This document shows, one piece after another, positions 1-13,189 of a stretch of 64,000 nt of DNA. How positions within the stretch are numbered: the stretch's first letter is position 1; each line of letters begins with the position of its first letter. A program made the translations under genes and the position numbers. Origin of the DNA: Entomortierella parvispora E1425 (lineage: Eukaryota; Fungi; Mortierellomycota); the NCBI GenBank assembly GCA_020891255.1, contig BQFW01000004.1, positions 62,001-126,000 of the forward strand. Direction: 5' to 3'. Below the pieces are notes generated by a model, which made no database searches, was not told the DNA's origin, and worked only from the letters and a program-made list of their open reading frames with translations.

Positions 1-2
1 CT

Positions 3-1203
3 CGGTGCGAGCACATCTTCTGCCCCGAGTGTGTCAAGAAGCTGAACCCCATCTCGTTCATGTTGATCCAAAAGGGCAATGCCAATGTCAGTGTGGCTCC
101 AGAACTCAAGACCGACTTTTCGTGCCCACAGTGTTCTTCCAACTTGAAGCCTGTCGATTTGATTCAAGTCATGGACGACTCAGAGGATAAGATCACGGCA
201 ACGGCGACTGAAGGCGTCCATGTGCACAGTAGAACGGATGAGGACGGAATGTTTATTCACAGTACAAAGGTCAAGGCTCTGATGGATGACCTTGTTCAGG
301 CGACCGACATTGCAAAGAAGACTGGCCAGCCACTTGTAAAGAGTGTAGTGTTTTCACAGTGGACCAGCATGCTGGATTTGATCGAGGTAATTAACTGCGA
401 ATTCGGCACTCTTTTACACCAAAGGGCGATGCTGAATGGATTACTTATCCTTTTTGTACATTTCTTTGTTTTGTAGGATGGTCTTCGGGAAAACAACATC
501 AAATTTACCCGTCTGGATGGTACAATGCAACGTAGCGACCGTACCTCGGCCATGATCAACTTCAAGGAAAAGTCCGATGTCAGCGTGATTCTCATCAGTT
601 TGAAGGCAGGAGGTGTTGGTCTGAACCTCACCTCGGCGCAGCGTGTTTACCTCATGGATCCTCACTGGTAAGTCAGCTTTGGCATGGACATCTGATCTCT
701 GCATGCAGTAAAGTGCGGCCTACTTATATGTGTTGCACTCTTTTATCTGTCTCTAGGAATCCCTCGGTGGAAAGTCAGGCTATTGATCGTATTCATCGTC
801 TGGGCCAAACTAAACCCGTAGATGTGATTCGGTTTATTATCAAGGTAAAGAAGTTTGAAGTTTTTCTCATCATGATCTATGTGCTAGCTACGATTGATAG
901 AAAATATTGTTTTTACTGACTCGATCTCGTAATTTGTGCTTCACCCTTGATGGTTTCTTTTTTTTATAGGAATCTATCGAAGAAAACATTCTGGAGCTTC
1001 AAAAGCGAAAGACAGAGCTGTCGGACATGACGTTTGCAGAAAAGCTGTCCAAGCAAGAGGTTCTGAAGCGTCGTCTCGAGGACCTCAAGTACCTCTTCCA
1101 GGGATCCTCCGAGATTATGAAAAAGTCCCGTGCTGGTGCGGTTGCCAGCGAATCCTTGACGCCTTCGTCGGCCTCGTCTCCCGCGTCCGTTTCCTTCCAA
1201 TAA
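3..1203 (+). CDS. SNF2-family RING-finger helicase (Rad5/HLTF/Rad16-like), 3' part only
   Basis: RING residues RCEHIFCPECV...CPQC at the window start. Helicase C-terminal motifs [59 protein letters not shown]. GT-AG introns at about 387-476, 668-756 and 845-969; TAA at 1201-1203. Confidence 0.9.
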
Positions 1204-1449
1204 GCGCTGCCTTCGTCTCGACGCGCAATTTTTTTTTCACTGTCTGGCATTTCCAAATAGAGGGCGCTCGTCATTATCGTCCCATTCTAGATCCACCACT
1301 CTCCTCTCCATACCATTGTAACATCCCGCCGCTAGATATGCCATTGACGTTGTACCAACAGAGTTTTTCTTTTCCCCCATCATTTCTCAAATGGTATCCT
1401 GCTTTGGTTGAAGGCTGATTTGTGTTTTCATTGTTGCTGTGGATGGGTA

Positions 1450-2116
1450 TCATGATATAATGCAGCAGCAGACGCGAGAGTGGCAAGACCGATCGTCCTT
1501 GTTGTACATGTATTCGTCCACATGTCTAGCGTTGGCTTTGGCCCGATCGAGTCGAGCCTCGATATCATCGGGCGAGGTCTCCTCTGCGGGTATTGATCTC
1601 TCTGTGGGGGAAGAGGCAGCTTTGCTGTTCCAAAGTAACCATAGACCTTCATCCGCCTCTTCCTGACCCTCTTGAATTTCATCCGCATCAGGTTCTAATA
1701 GCTCTGGCGGCAAGATGTTCAAGGTAGCTATTGAAGAGCATTGCACATTCATAAACCAACATTTAGGAGTTTGTTCCCAAAACAACAGATAGAAAAGAAG
1801 GTCATCTATGGGCCATTCAGTAGGGGGGATCTGATGCGTATGGTACTTGCCATGATCTGACTTGTGGGAGGGACGTGCTCGTTTCTGGATGATTGCCAGT
1901 TTTGCTTCTGTGGAGAAAGCGAGGGAGGAGGTGAGAACCGAATGTTACTGTTTCCTAAAGTCCCTCTCGGGTCATCATGTCGGATGCAGAGATGAGAGTA
2001 CTGGGAGTATTACCAAGGCGCTCGACATGGAGCTCAGACTCTGATCGCAGCGTCCACTCTGGAGCAGTTGCTGATGAGGATTCCAGCTCTGGCCAGGCGG
2101 GGGCGGGATCCGACAT
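1450..2116 (-). CDS. Small (145 aa) hypothetical protein with a short coiled coil and a C-terminal CaaX box (CCCIIS)
   Basis: Exons 2116-2014, 1907-1851 and 1727-1450 splice in frame (438 nt) to MSDPAPAWPELE...ERLEAKLAIIQKR...DHATLNILPPELL...SRVCCCIIS*. Intron 1 is GTAATA..CAG; intron 2 is GCAAGT..TAG. Confidence 0.65.
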
Positions 2117-2379
2117 CGCAGCAGAGAACAATTACGAAGAATGAAAAGAATGAATGGAAGGAAGAAAGAGGAAAGAAAAAAAAAGACGCACAAAGAAGCA
2201 TTGCGGTGCTTCTGTGTCTGACGATGGTCACACGCAATAAAGCTTATGTTGATTTTTTTTTTTTTTCCTTCCTTCTTCATTCATTCTTTCTTCATTCCTC
2301 TTTACTCTCCACCCTTCTCTCTCTCCACTCTCTCTTCCTCGCTGGACTCACCCCCAGAGCCTGGCTCTATTCCTCTCCC

Positions 2380-4131
2380 ATGCCCATCACTCTGGACACA
2401 CGGGCGTTTGCGTCCAGGTGGAGACCGTACCTGCTTGCAGTCTCTTTCACCATGGGCTGCTTCAACATGCTGGCTTCGGGCTCGCTCTACGTCTTTGCGC
2501 TCTACGCATCCTCCTTCACCTCCCGTCTGGGCTACTCCCAGACTCAGACCAGCATGATTGGCATCATCGGTGACATCGGTCTCTACGGCGTAGGACCCGT
2601 GAGTGGATTCATGGCCGATCGCCTCGGTCCCCAGCCCACCTCCTTTGTGGCTGCGCTGCTGCTCGGCCTCGGTTACTGCCTCCTCTCTATCGGATACAGT
2701 CGTGGGCTGGACAATGTCGCACAGGGCCAGCCACCGACCCACTTCCTCCTCATGGCCCTCTTCCTCTTCTTGGCCGGCATGGGCAGCAGTGCCAGTTACA
2801 TGGCTGCGTTCACTTCCCTGACAAAGAACTTCAAGAGTGCGCGCGGGATTGCCCTGGGTAAGCGAAGCGATCCAGGGTCCATTTTTCCCATCACTTTCCC
2901 CCCCTTTTCTTTTTGGGCTTTTGGAGAAAAGGAGCACTGACTCACTCCCCAACACTTTTTCTTTCTGGCACAGGCATCCCGGTCAGCTTCTTTGGCCTCT
3001 CTGCAGCAGTGCTGACTTTGCTGGCGCAAGGGTTCTTCATGATGAGCACGCCGTCTTCTGACGACGATGGGCTCAAGCCAAAGGCGGGGAAGCAACAAGA
3101 GCTGGACACGATCCGCTTCCTTCTATTTTTGGGCATGTCCGGTGGATTGATCAATGCTCTTTCGGTTTTCGGACTCAACATCTGGCCAAAGCCCGTCGAA
3201 GAGGACGAGAACGAGAATGCTTCTGAAGACAACCAGACCATCACGCCATCGTTGTCACAACACAGTGTGGAGGCGCAGGAGAACACGCCTTTGCTGCGGG
3301 ACGAGACCCTGACAGAGACCCTTGCCGACGCTGCAGGACCAGCACAGAATCAGTACAAGCCCTACGAGGTGCAGTCGATCAGTGGCAAGGCCTTTTTCCT
3401 GGATCGGGATGCCCAGTCCTTCTTTGTTGTCATGCTCTGCCTGGCTGGTACAGGATTGATGATCATCAACTCCATCTCGGCCATGGTCGACTCTGTGGCG
3501 GCCAAGGAGCAAGCAACGGACGATGTGGCTTCGATTCGTGCAAAACATGTGGCCTTCATCAGTCTGTCCAGCTATACAGGACGGATCCTGGCAGGGCTTG
3601 GATCTGATGTGGCCATTCACCGCTACGGCTTCCAGCGAATCGTCGTACTTCCCATCGCAACGGCCTGTATGGGTTTGGCCCAGCTAGTGGGCATGTTTGC
3701 GCCTTTGCATTGGCTCTATCTTTGCTCAGTTCTGACTGGCCTGGCCTATGGTGGATTCTTTGGCGTCGCTGGTATCATTGTGGCTGAACTGTGGGGGGAA
3801 GAAACTTGCGGACAAAACTGGTAGGTGGCCGAGTGCATTGAGGCTGGATGTGACGAGGCAACAACGACATTTAACACAACCATCTTTTATTCTTTCTTCT
3901 AGGGGCTGGCTCTCTTGGGGATCAGCTATTGGAGGCTTGTTGTTCAACTTGATCTTTGGAGTCGTGATGGACGCTGCTCGACCCGTTGTGGACGGAGAGA
4001 CGCAAACTTGCGAAGGACATGGTTGTTTCCGATGGGCTTTGGTGGTCTCTTTCAGTGCATGTGCCTTCAGTTGTGCACTGAGTGTGGTGATGGGTGAGCG
4101 CCAGAAACGAAAAGCTGCTCTTGCTAGATAG
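2380..4131 (+). CDS. MFS transporter, nodulin-like/Mch1-type
   Basis: About 12 hydrophobic segments with GSLYVFALYA, GVGPVSGFMADRLGP, GILAGLGSD-like and FGEETCGQNWG-like (WGEETCGQNWGW) motifs. Exons 2380-2857, 2974-3820 and 3903-4131. Confidence 0.85.
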
Positions 4132-4271
4132 ATACCCCCTTTCATCCAATACGTACTTTAATACGAATTCACATCAACTCGACATGCCAACGACAGGCTT
4201 CCTTTGCGCTTTCAGAGTCTTTGGTGTTGAAACTACACTGACTAGGTTTATTCTCTGACAGGTATTTTGTT

Positions 4272-7200
4272 TTACTTCTTCTTGTTGGACTTCTTCTTGC
4301 GGTTCTTGCTGGATGATGACTCCGAAGAGGTCGAAGACTCTGGGTTGGTGCCATCCTGTTGCGCGGGTGCATCCTTTTCGTCTTCCTCAGCCACAACTTG
4401 GATCAGCTCGGTCGAGTCTGCGGTCGAGAGGGCAGGCGAAACTCCTTGGGCGACATGAGTGATGGCGCTGTCTTCATTCTTGCGGTTTTTGCCCTTTCCT
4501 TTTCCCCTGGATTCAGTGTCCGAGTGGCCATCCACAGTGGTTGAGTCGTCGCCGTGCTCTTCTCTGATCTGCTGTTTCCACATTTCATAGTAAGTGCCTA
4601 GATAAGGGGGAAGGTGGGAAGGTCATTAGTTTTCATAGACCTTCTGTAGAGAGGGAAAAAAATATGGAAATGGACATCACAATTACCTTGTCCTCCATTC
4701 TGAAGAGCCTTCTCCACCAGCTCCAGATGGGTTCCCTGCTCCACAACGACTCCGTTCTTGATACACAAGATCAAGTCTGCGTTCACAATGGTACTCAATC
4801 GATGGGCGACCACGAGCGTTGTTCTGTTCTCGGTCATCCTTGCCAATGCAGCCTGGATCTGACTCTCGGTCGTGCTGTCCAAGGCAGAGGTGGCCTCGTC
4901 CAACAACACAATGGGAGGGTTCTTCAAAATTGTTCTTGCAATCGCCACACGTTGCTTCTCGCCTCCAGACAGTCGCAGACCGCGCTCTCCGACCTTGGTC
5001 TCGTAGCCATCGGGGAAATCCTGGATCTTGTCATGGATCTGAGCAGCCCTGGCGGCATCCTCGACCTCGTCCTTGGTAGCGTTGATTCGTCCATAGTTGA
5101 TGTTGTAATAAATCGAGTCGTTGAACAAGACAGAGTCCTGGGGCACCACACCAATCTGCTCACGAAGACTGGACTGGGTCGTGGTCGAGATGTCCTGACC
5201 ATCAATGTAAATCTTGCCCGAGGTCACATCGTAGAATCGGAAGAGCAATCGAAGAATGGTGGATTTGCCTGAACCCGTGGGGCCCACCAAGGCCACTGTC
5301 TTGCCCTTGGGGACCCTGAAACTCACGTTCTGGAGACCCTTCTGACGGGCATCGTATTGGAAGCAGACGTCCTCAAACACGACCTCGCCCGAGGATACGA
5401 TCAGTTTCTTGGCATTGGGAATATCCTTGACACTCTGGTTCTGGTCCAAGAGCTTGATCATCTTTTCCATGTCCACAAAGTTCTGCTGCAGCATTCTGTA
5501 GTATGAACCAAACCAGTTCAGCTAAAAGAGGCGTCCGATTTCGTAGAAGTAGAAAAAAAAATGTATAAGTTGGACATGATAGAGAATTAATTAAAAAAAA
5601 AAAAAAAAAAAAGAGAGAGACACTTACAGGTTGGTGGAGCTGGGCCAAATAGGTCATGTACATGACGAACGCGTCCACTTCGCGATCACCGTTCGCAATC
5701 TCGTAAGCACAAAGGAGACAGCCGGCCAACATGCCCATAGTGATTACAAAGGACTGGGCCAAGTTGAGCATGATGTAGGTGATCTGACTCTTGTAGTCTG
5801 CAACCATGTACTTCTTGATGGCCTCTCTGTATCTTGAAATCTCGAAGCCTTCGTTCGAATAGTACTTGACCGTCTCAAAGTTCAACAAGCTGTCGACGGC
5901 CTTTGCACGTGCATCATTGTCAAACGAGATCATGGCCCTTCGGAAACGCGTTCGCCACTCTGTCATCATCACTGTCACCATCAGATAAAATCCAATCGTC
6001 AAAAAGATGATGAGACCGTACTTCCAGGACCAATAATAGCAAAAGACAACCACCGCAATGGTCACATCGGACACCACTGGTACCAACTGGAAGAGGACCG
6101 TGCCCAAGAGGGACACAATCGAGCTTGTACCTCTATCCAGGATTCGAAGAAGCTCTCCCGTCTTTCGGTTCAAGTGGAACTGGAGGGAGAGGTTGTGAAC
6201 GTGCTCAAAGAAGCGGACGGTCAAGGAACTGTTGCTGTACTGTTCGATCGGGATCCATGACCATTGACGAGCCGAGTTCACGATACCGGAGGAGCCTTGA
6301 AGGTAACGGGCAAAGACAAAGAGGAGGATGCTCCCGATATTGAACTGCTTTACACTCAGTTCTCGGACGATCAGACCCGTCAGCAAGGGCACCGCCACGT
6401 TAATGGCACGACCAATGGCAATAAAGACAAACGTGAGGAAGATCAAGAATTGTAACCAACGGTCATTTCTTGGGATCACAAAAGGCAAGAGACGCTTGAT
6501 CTTTGGCCAAAAATTATTGAAGGCACTTGCGCGCTCTGCCATTTCAGCGTCCAACTTCTTTTGGATCTCTGCATCCGAGGAACCCAAGCCTGAAGCGGGC
6601 TTGTGATCGGGCTTGGGGGTGGAGAAGGCCTCTCTGAACGTGCCATAGGTTCCTCCATAGGAAGGTGCGGCAGCAGAGGCGCCGAAAACGGCGGAGGGAG
6701 CGGCGGACTCTTCGTCCAAGGCGCCATGGGCCTCCAGGTCGTCCTCTTTGGCATCTTGTCTCCAATGGACGAGTCCAAGGATCGCAGTGGTCCACAAGAG
6801 TGTGTAGCGGAGTCCAAAGAGGACGGTCAAGGCGCGGTCAAAGAGCAGGTCATGACGTTCCACAGGTGCGGTGCTACCTAAATTGAGCAAAGAAGAGGCC
6901 ACGCGGCAGAACTTGAGTATCTCATATGTAGAGTTTGTTTTTGGCTTCAAGGGACCACTCGTCCAAAAGTGGTTGACAGTTCAAAAAAAAATCGCTCAAT
7001 TTTGGTGGCACAAAAGGTCGAAAAAGAACATTGTGCAACCCTCAGCCCTTGGGCAGCCGACCACTTTCGGGCTCTCCCCTTCTTCAATCACTAACACAGA
7101 CCCCATCCATGGGAAAACATTACCATTCAGGGAGGGAACAATCACCCCATCGAGGTGATACCATGCAATGAAGGACTCTCCTGCAAGCGCCAGCCACCAA

Positions 7201-7784
7201 AAGCTGTAGTTGGCCCAGCTCCATTGACCGCCCTTGCGGACCTCAATGAGCATCAGAACCAGGTTTGACGTAAAGGCCACGATCGAGATCACATTGTAGA
7301 GGACCATGAAGGTGCCAGACCAGACCTTGTCGATGATGGCACGCAAGCACACTACAGTCAAGGTGCCGACGAAAGAGAGAACAATAACATGGTTCAGCCC
7401 CCAAAGAGCCTTGCCAAGCCAAGTGGCTCTGGGCCGACGAGCGGTCTGATCTTCATCCTCCTGGGTGCCAGAGGAGAGGAGGGGCTGGTACTGAGAGTTG
7501 GCTCGAAGCACAAAAAAGTATCTGATGCATTGGACCACAGAACGACAGAAAGGCAAGAGGGCAAAAAATAAATAAATAAATAAAAACACATGATGTCAGT
7601 TTTGGCAGGGTCTATTTCGATGCAGCGGGAAAGAGTGCCATGTGCTGCGAATTGAGGGACAGTGCTTTGAAGTGTTTGCGCACCTGTAGACTCCTGAGAG
7701 GAGCGAGAAAGCCAGGAGACCGAGTGGGATCAGCAGCTCGGCCTGGTGATGGCTGCGCGACGGGGGAGAGGGCGCCGGGTCCAT
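4272..7784 (-). CDS. HMT1: Half-size ABC transporter, HMT1/ABCB6 family
   Basis: Walker [10 protein letters not shown], signature LSGGEKQR, Walker [11 protein letters not shown] and H-loop VAHRL. TMD motifs [17 protein letters not shown] and [12 protein letters not shown]. Extra N-terminal TMD0. Several GT-AG introns. Confidence 0.92.
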
Positions 7785-8365
7785 TGGCGGCGAATAGAAG
7801 GATATAGTGTTGTTGCAAAGAAGGGGATAAAGAAGCAAAAGAGGAGAGGGGTGGCGGACGAGGTGGACAGATCAAGAAAGAAAAGGAAAAAAGAAGTTGA
7901 TGGATCGCAAGAAGGACGAAGAAATAAAGTCAAAAAAAAAAAAACTCCAATGAAGAAGCAGTCCATCAGGCTCCAGGCACTCCTTCCCTCACCTCGGAAA
8001 AATATGCCACCCTCGTTTTGCACGGAATGGAGTCAAATGGAGCACATTGCGTCTTGAACACCCCTCATCTTTCTTCATTGCCAAGAAACTGTTTCATTGG
8101 ACGACTCATCCCACCTTGCATGTGCCTCCCATTCTTTCCCTCTCGTCTTCTATCTCGCTGCGTTTGGGCAACAATTTTCCGTGCATGCGCGGTCGGGGAT
8201 CGAAAAGGCCTGTGATTGGCTGCATAGGAAATGCGCGGTGGTTTGCATTTTGGTGGCGTACCTCAACGGCCATTTGCCCAATCAGATAATCTCCTGTTTT
8301 GATCTCGCAGAGTGGGAAAGAAAGTGGGCTGTACATGCTTGGCTAAAAAAATAAATGAGGCACAG

Positions 8366-8745
8366 GCGAGGTATCTGGCGACAAGAAACGACACGACGTC
8401 CATACCATGGCGCACTGACATCTCTCACGGTCGTCAGCTGCGCAATGCCGCAGCACCAGATCAACCCTGAGAAGGGGAACCAAATTTGTCTTGTGGTAGA
8501 ACTTCCAAATGATGACCGACGGGAAGAACACTGGTGCTCCTACAAACATGTCCACCACACCCTGCACCAGAGGGGATCCGCCGTCGCAGCCTGGTGTCCC
8601 TCCAGAAACACAGTTGACTTTGTTTATTTGCCAAAAGGTGCCCAGAGTTCGTTTTATCTCGAGCACCTCATGAGAAATCGTATGGAATTCGAATAGCGGG
8701 CGCAGTTGCATTGGCGTGGAAGAGGCACGGGCTCTGTGCGTCAGG
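8366..8745 (-). pseudogene. Frameshifted relic of the 3' end of the neighbouring amino-acid permease
   Basis: GVVDMFVGAPVFFPSVIIWKFYHKTNLVPLLRVDL matches GVVAVFVGAPVFFLSIIIWKVYHKTKLVPLLEVDL of the intact gene. The flanking homologous pieces (FLEGHQAATA; GIAQLTTVRDVSAPWY) lie in other frames. No 5' part of the gene is present. Confidence 0.85.
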
Positions 8746-8810
8746 ACATAACTGTCTTTTATAATTATTCCCAAGTAAAAATCGTCATTATGTTTCGATC
8801 TGCCGTGATC

Positions 8811-9009
8811 TACATACGAAATAGACGCGTAGAGCCGAGCCAGAGATGTCGCAAGCCGAGAGAACTCTGCAACCAAGAGGGAGGGGGGACACCGAAAGGC
8901 CAGATGAAATGAAGGACGAGATGGTCCAACTGGATCAGCAATTGAAAGGGGTCGAGTCGACGCAGCAGAGAGGACTAGCTGGGAAATCTTACATACGAAA
9001 TAGACGCGT
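8811..9009. repeat. Exact 20-bp direct repeat TACATACGAAATAGACGCGT
   Basis: Copies at 8811-8830 and 8990-9009. Confidence 0.9.
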
Positions 9010-10005
9010 TCGCCTTCTCGCGGCGAGATGGCGCTGTTGACAACCCATTTCCGTCTATTGGATTCTCGGCATTAGATCGCAGCATACGGTCCGAGAATTA
9101 GAAATGAGTTCAGATAGGAGAAATGTTGGACGGTACAGGGCAAACTACTTACTTTCTAGCTCAGCCTTTCTCTTCCCTCCTTCCTCTCGTCGAAGCCAAG
9201 GGAATCACTTTCTTGATTCTTTGAGTTGGTTGGCGGTTCTTTCGCTTTTGTGCAACTTGATTCTCGCTGGAAAACAGGAAAAAAAAAAGTTGATTTCCAA
9301 AGAGGACCACGTTTTGATTCTCTTGTGCACAAGGCGAGAAGTCGTGAGTCAGTTACAAGAGTGGAGAAAACAACAACATTTCATCGGCAAGGACTTGCGA
9401 TTGAAAACAGAAGCATGTTGAATTACCTGAATTGGGTCTGGCTGAGCGAAAATGGAAGGGCGATCAGTGGAATCCGCCATTTAGAAAGATCGGTTCGAGA
9501 GGAGCAAAAGTCATTGTCAAGCGTTTTGAGGTTCTAAGTTGGCGGCTCTTGCTTGCTGGCTCAAATCACGTTTTGGCTTGGGACGAGCTGGTGCTCATTT
9601 GCCTTCCAAGGCATGGGCCATCCTGTCCTTGACTGACTATTTAAGCTTGCTCACAGAAGTAGATGAGGTGATCTCAATATAGGATGACTGCAATTCGTTC
9701 TCCAAGAGTAAAGGGCAAGACCCTAGCTGGTCGTGGTGAAGATGGACATGGCGATAGAATGGCGTGTAGAATTCTATCAATTGGAAGTGGCCGATGGGAT
9801 GAGAGTAAGAGAGACTGAAGGAGGACAGCAACGAGTTGTGAGCGGTGCTATGCCCAAACTCTGGTCGCAAATAAAATTTATCATGCAAAGGCTGCGCCTG
9901 CAATCCTACTGATGTTCTTGAGTGGGCAAATGGTTTGTGCATGCTTTCTGCACAGAGAGTTTATTAAGATGGTACAATGATATAAAAGTATATATATATT
10001 TGGGC

Positions 10006-12132
10006 TTAAGCGAGGTATCTGACAACACGACGCGATGCCTTCTTCCACCATGGAGCATTGTCATCCTCCACTGTGGTCGACCGCGCAATGCCACGCACGA
10101 TTGTGGGGCGTCCAGAATCCAGATCGACTTCAAGAAGAGGAACCAACTTTGTCTTGTGGTAGACCTTCCAGATAATAATCGACAGAAAGAACACGGGCGC
10201 CCCCACAAACACGGCGACCACACCCTCCGCCTCGAAGGGAACTGCTGTCACGGCCTGGTATCCCTCCAGGAACACGATCATCAACGCCAGCAGGATCGAA
10301 ATGTAACAGCTGTAAGGGAAGAGAGGTGCAATATAGGGCAGATCGGACAGAGGACGTCCCTGCGCCTTCATAGCGGCACGGAAACGGAGATGAATGACCG
10401 AGATGGACAACCAGGTCAAAAGAGCCGACATACCAGTCAAGTTGACCAACCAGGTGAACACGACACCAGTGCCGACAATCTAGATACAGTGACAAGATTG
10501 AGAACATTGTTAGATCTGGGATGCAGGACATGAGCACAGCAGCCTCCAGTAACCCACGGACAAAAAAAAAAAAAAACTTACATCAGCAACAAAGGCAATG
10601 CAGGCAATGAGGGTCACGAAGGCAAGAGCATACAGGGGAACACCACGGCTGTTCACACGACCAAAAATAGCAGGCATCTTGCCCTCACGACCCATGGCCA
10701 TCAAGGTTCTGGTCGAGGCATAGAACGAACTTTGACCCGCAGACAAGACGGCGGTCAAAAGGACAGCGTTGATGGCGTGATCCGCACCGGGGAGCTTGGC
10801 CATCTTGAACACGATGGTGAAAGGAGCAATAGGAGCAGCCTGGTTCACACTTGCTCCAGCAGAGTTCAACAAGTTGGGATCGGTCCAAGGGATAACCAAG
10901 CCAATGACCATGATCGAGAGAATATAGAAAAGAAGGATACGCCAGAAAGTTTGACGCATAGCCTTTGGCACAGCCTTGCCGGGGTTGGCAGACTCTCCTG
11001 CAGTAATACCAACTAACTCAGTACCTCCGAAACTGAAGAACGCCCAGACACAGGTGGTGAAAATGTTAACAGTTCTCTCGCGAGCAGTTGTTCCAACAAT
11101 GGGAGCCTGGTCAATGTGCCAGTTGCGTCCTCCGATATAGTCTCCGCCCACAGCTCCGGTGTCGACGAGGATTCCGACAATGATAAAGATAACGCAAGTC
11201 AAGACCTTGATCATTGACAGCCAATATTCCAATTCTCCAAAGGCCTTGACTCCCAAGCTATGGGGGTTCCACAAACAAAGAAACAAAAAAGAGAGAGAAT
11301 AGCGTTAGGAGAATTTTGTTCAAAGTTGTCATTCAACCTAGACCGAAACCCTCGTGCCAGTCAACAATTTCACCTCGGGAGCTGAAAGACAAAAACTTAC
11401 AGAGTGATGCCGACAAGCAAGACGATAAAGATAAGAGCTGGGATCCACATGTGCAAGTTGGGCCACCAGTATTGAAGAATCATTCCTGCGGAGGTGACCT
11501 CGATCGTGACGGTAACGATCCACTGAAAAGCGTAACCGGCGCCCAAACCGAATCCCAAGGCTGGATCCACAAATCGAGAGCCAAAGGTCGTGAATGCACC
11601 GGGCAAGGGCAAGTACGCCGACATCTCACCAAGACCTTTATGTAAAACAAAAATAAATAAATCAGTTAAGAGCCAGCTGAGGAAAACGGCCCTTTTTTTT
11701 TTGTGATATCACATTGTCCATGTGTCCGTGGCAAGGTGTTGCGTGCGTGGGAACGATCCTTACTTGTGCAGATGAAGTAAACCATGATTCCTACAAAAAC
11801 AAAAGACAAACAACAGAGTATGTGAGGATCACAGCAGGACTGGGCCATCTGACATGGCACTTTGTACTTCCAAGATGGGTCTTACCAACAATGGTGTAGG
11901 AGATCAAGGCACCGAGGGGGCCAGCTGCGGCGACAGAACCTCCAGAGGAGAGGAAGATACCTGTACCAATGGTGCCTCCAATGGCAATCATTTGCAAGTG
12001 TCTTGACTTCAGATCACGCTTGACGGCGCCATACTCTTGCTCCTCCTCGGATTGACTGTTGACAATTTGGTTGTCATTGACGACCTTGTCGTCGTAGTAC
12101 TCTTGCTTCTCGTGTTCGACGTAGTCAGCCAT
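10006..12132 (-). CDS. Amino-acid permease (APC superfamily, YAT/Gap1-Lyp1-like)
   Basis: RHLQMIAIGGTIGTGIFL, LGEMS, FGELEYWLSMIK and FSFGGTELVGITAGE motifs. Five GT-AG introns including a 27-nt microexon at 11764-11790. Confidence 0.93.
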
Positions 12133-12551
12133 GGTGATGGGGTCGAAGGTATGTTGTAGGAGGAGAGAGGGAGGGAAGAGGCGGAGGGAGGATGGGCAGT
12201 TGACGATTACCCAGACGTTGGAGGAGGTTCTGAAGACAAAGGGGAGGAAGTAGGGGGGAGGATGAGTGAAAAGGAGAAGTACCGAGGAGAAAGAAGAAAA
12301 GAAAGAGAGAAAAAGAGAGGAAGAATAGGGGAAAAAAAAGTTGAGGTGAGCCGTCGGACGCTATTTATGAGCTCCCAGGACACACACATGGCATTCCATG
12401 ATGAACAAACTCTAAAAGACACGAACGAACCCTCGATCGGACCCATTTTCGGATGCTTCTCTTCTTAACGCTAGGCGGTTGGTTGCGTGATCGAGCCTTA
12501 CAACGGAGCAAGAGACTTTGCTCTTGGGTCCAGGAACAAACAACAAAAATC

Positions 12552-12584
<33 letters not shown>

Positions 12585-13189
12585 AGAGAAAAAGGCCCTC
12601 CTTTTCTCTTCCCCAAAAAGACGCCATTCTTTGGAAGAATTATGAAGAGTTGGCCACATGTACTCTTCCTCGATCCATTTTCAGCGAACGGGTGGGTCAA
12701 TCGCTAGCGATGGAGCGAAAAGAAAGCGAAGGAGTTTTGAAATAAGCTAAAAAAAAAGGAAATCTCCGCTCCAGCAGACCAACAACTGTTCTCGTGGCCG
12801 CAAAGTTCCCTTGTTTGGAGAGCAGCCAGCTGGTGGTTCCACCACCGCCGTATGAAGAATCAACCTTGTCCTTCGCTGGCTCATTGACTGGCTGACTGAG
12901 CTGGCTAGCTCCTTGTCGGAGGACGGAGGGCCTGGGGCGACCCAGCTGGCGATAAAATTGCCCGCGATCCACGGCAGCAAAAAAAAAAAAGATTTTTTTT
13001 TTAAATTTGTTTTTATATGATATATTTAGTCGGGCTTTTTTAAAAAATAGTTGTAGTCAAGAAGCTGCTTTGTGCCCGTGTGCCTGTGGACCACGCTCAA
13101 AAAAGCAAATGCGCCTTCCTTCTTTTTCTCCTAGGCTGATCGCTTGCATCTCGACTCTGCCTCTTCCTCAAAGAACACGGACCAGCATT

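Noticed and set aside
1274-1398. Possible fourth exon of the small minus-strand gene
   Set aside because: Exon 3 already ends in a meaningful CaaX plus stop and no good donor precedes it; probably 3' UTR.
2068-2379. Upstream extension of the MFS ORF
   Set aside because: It runs through poly-A/T and CT-rich promoter sequence and overlaps exon 1 of the CaaX gene.
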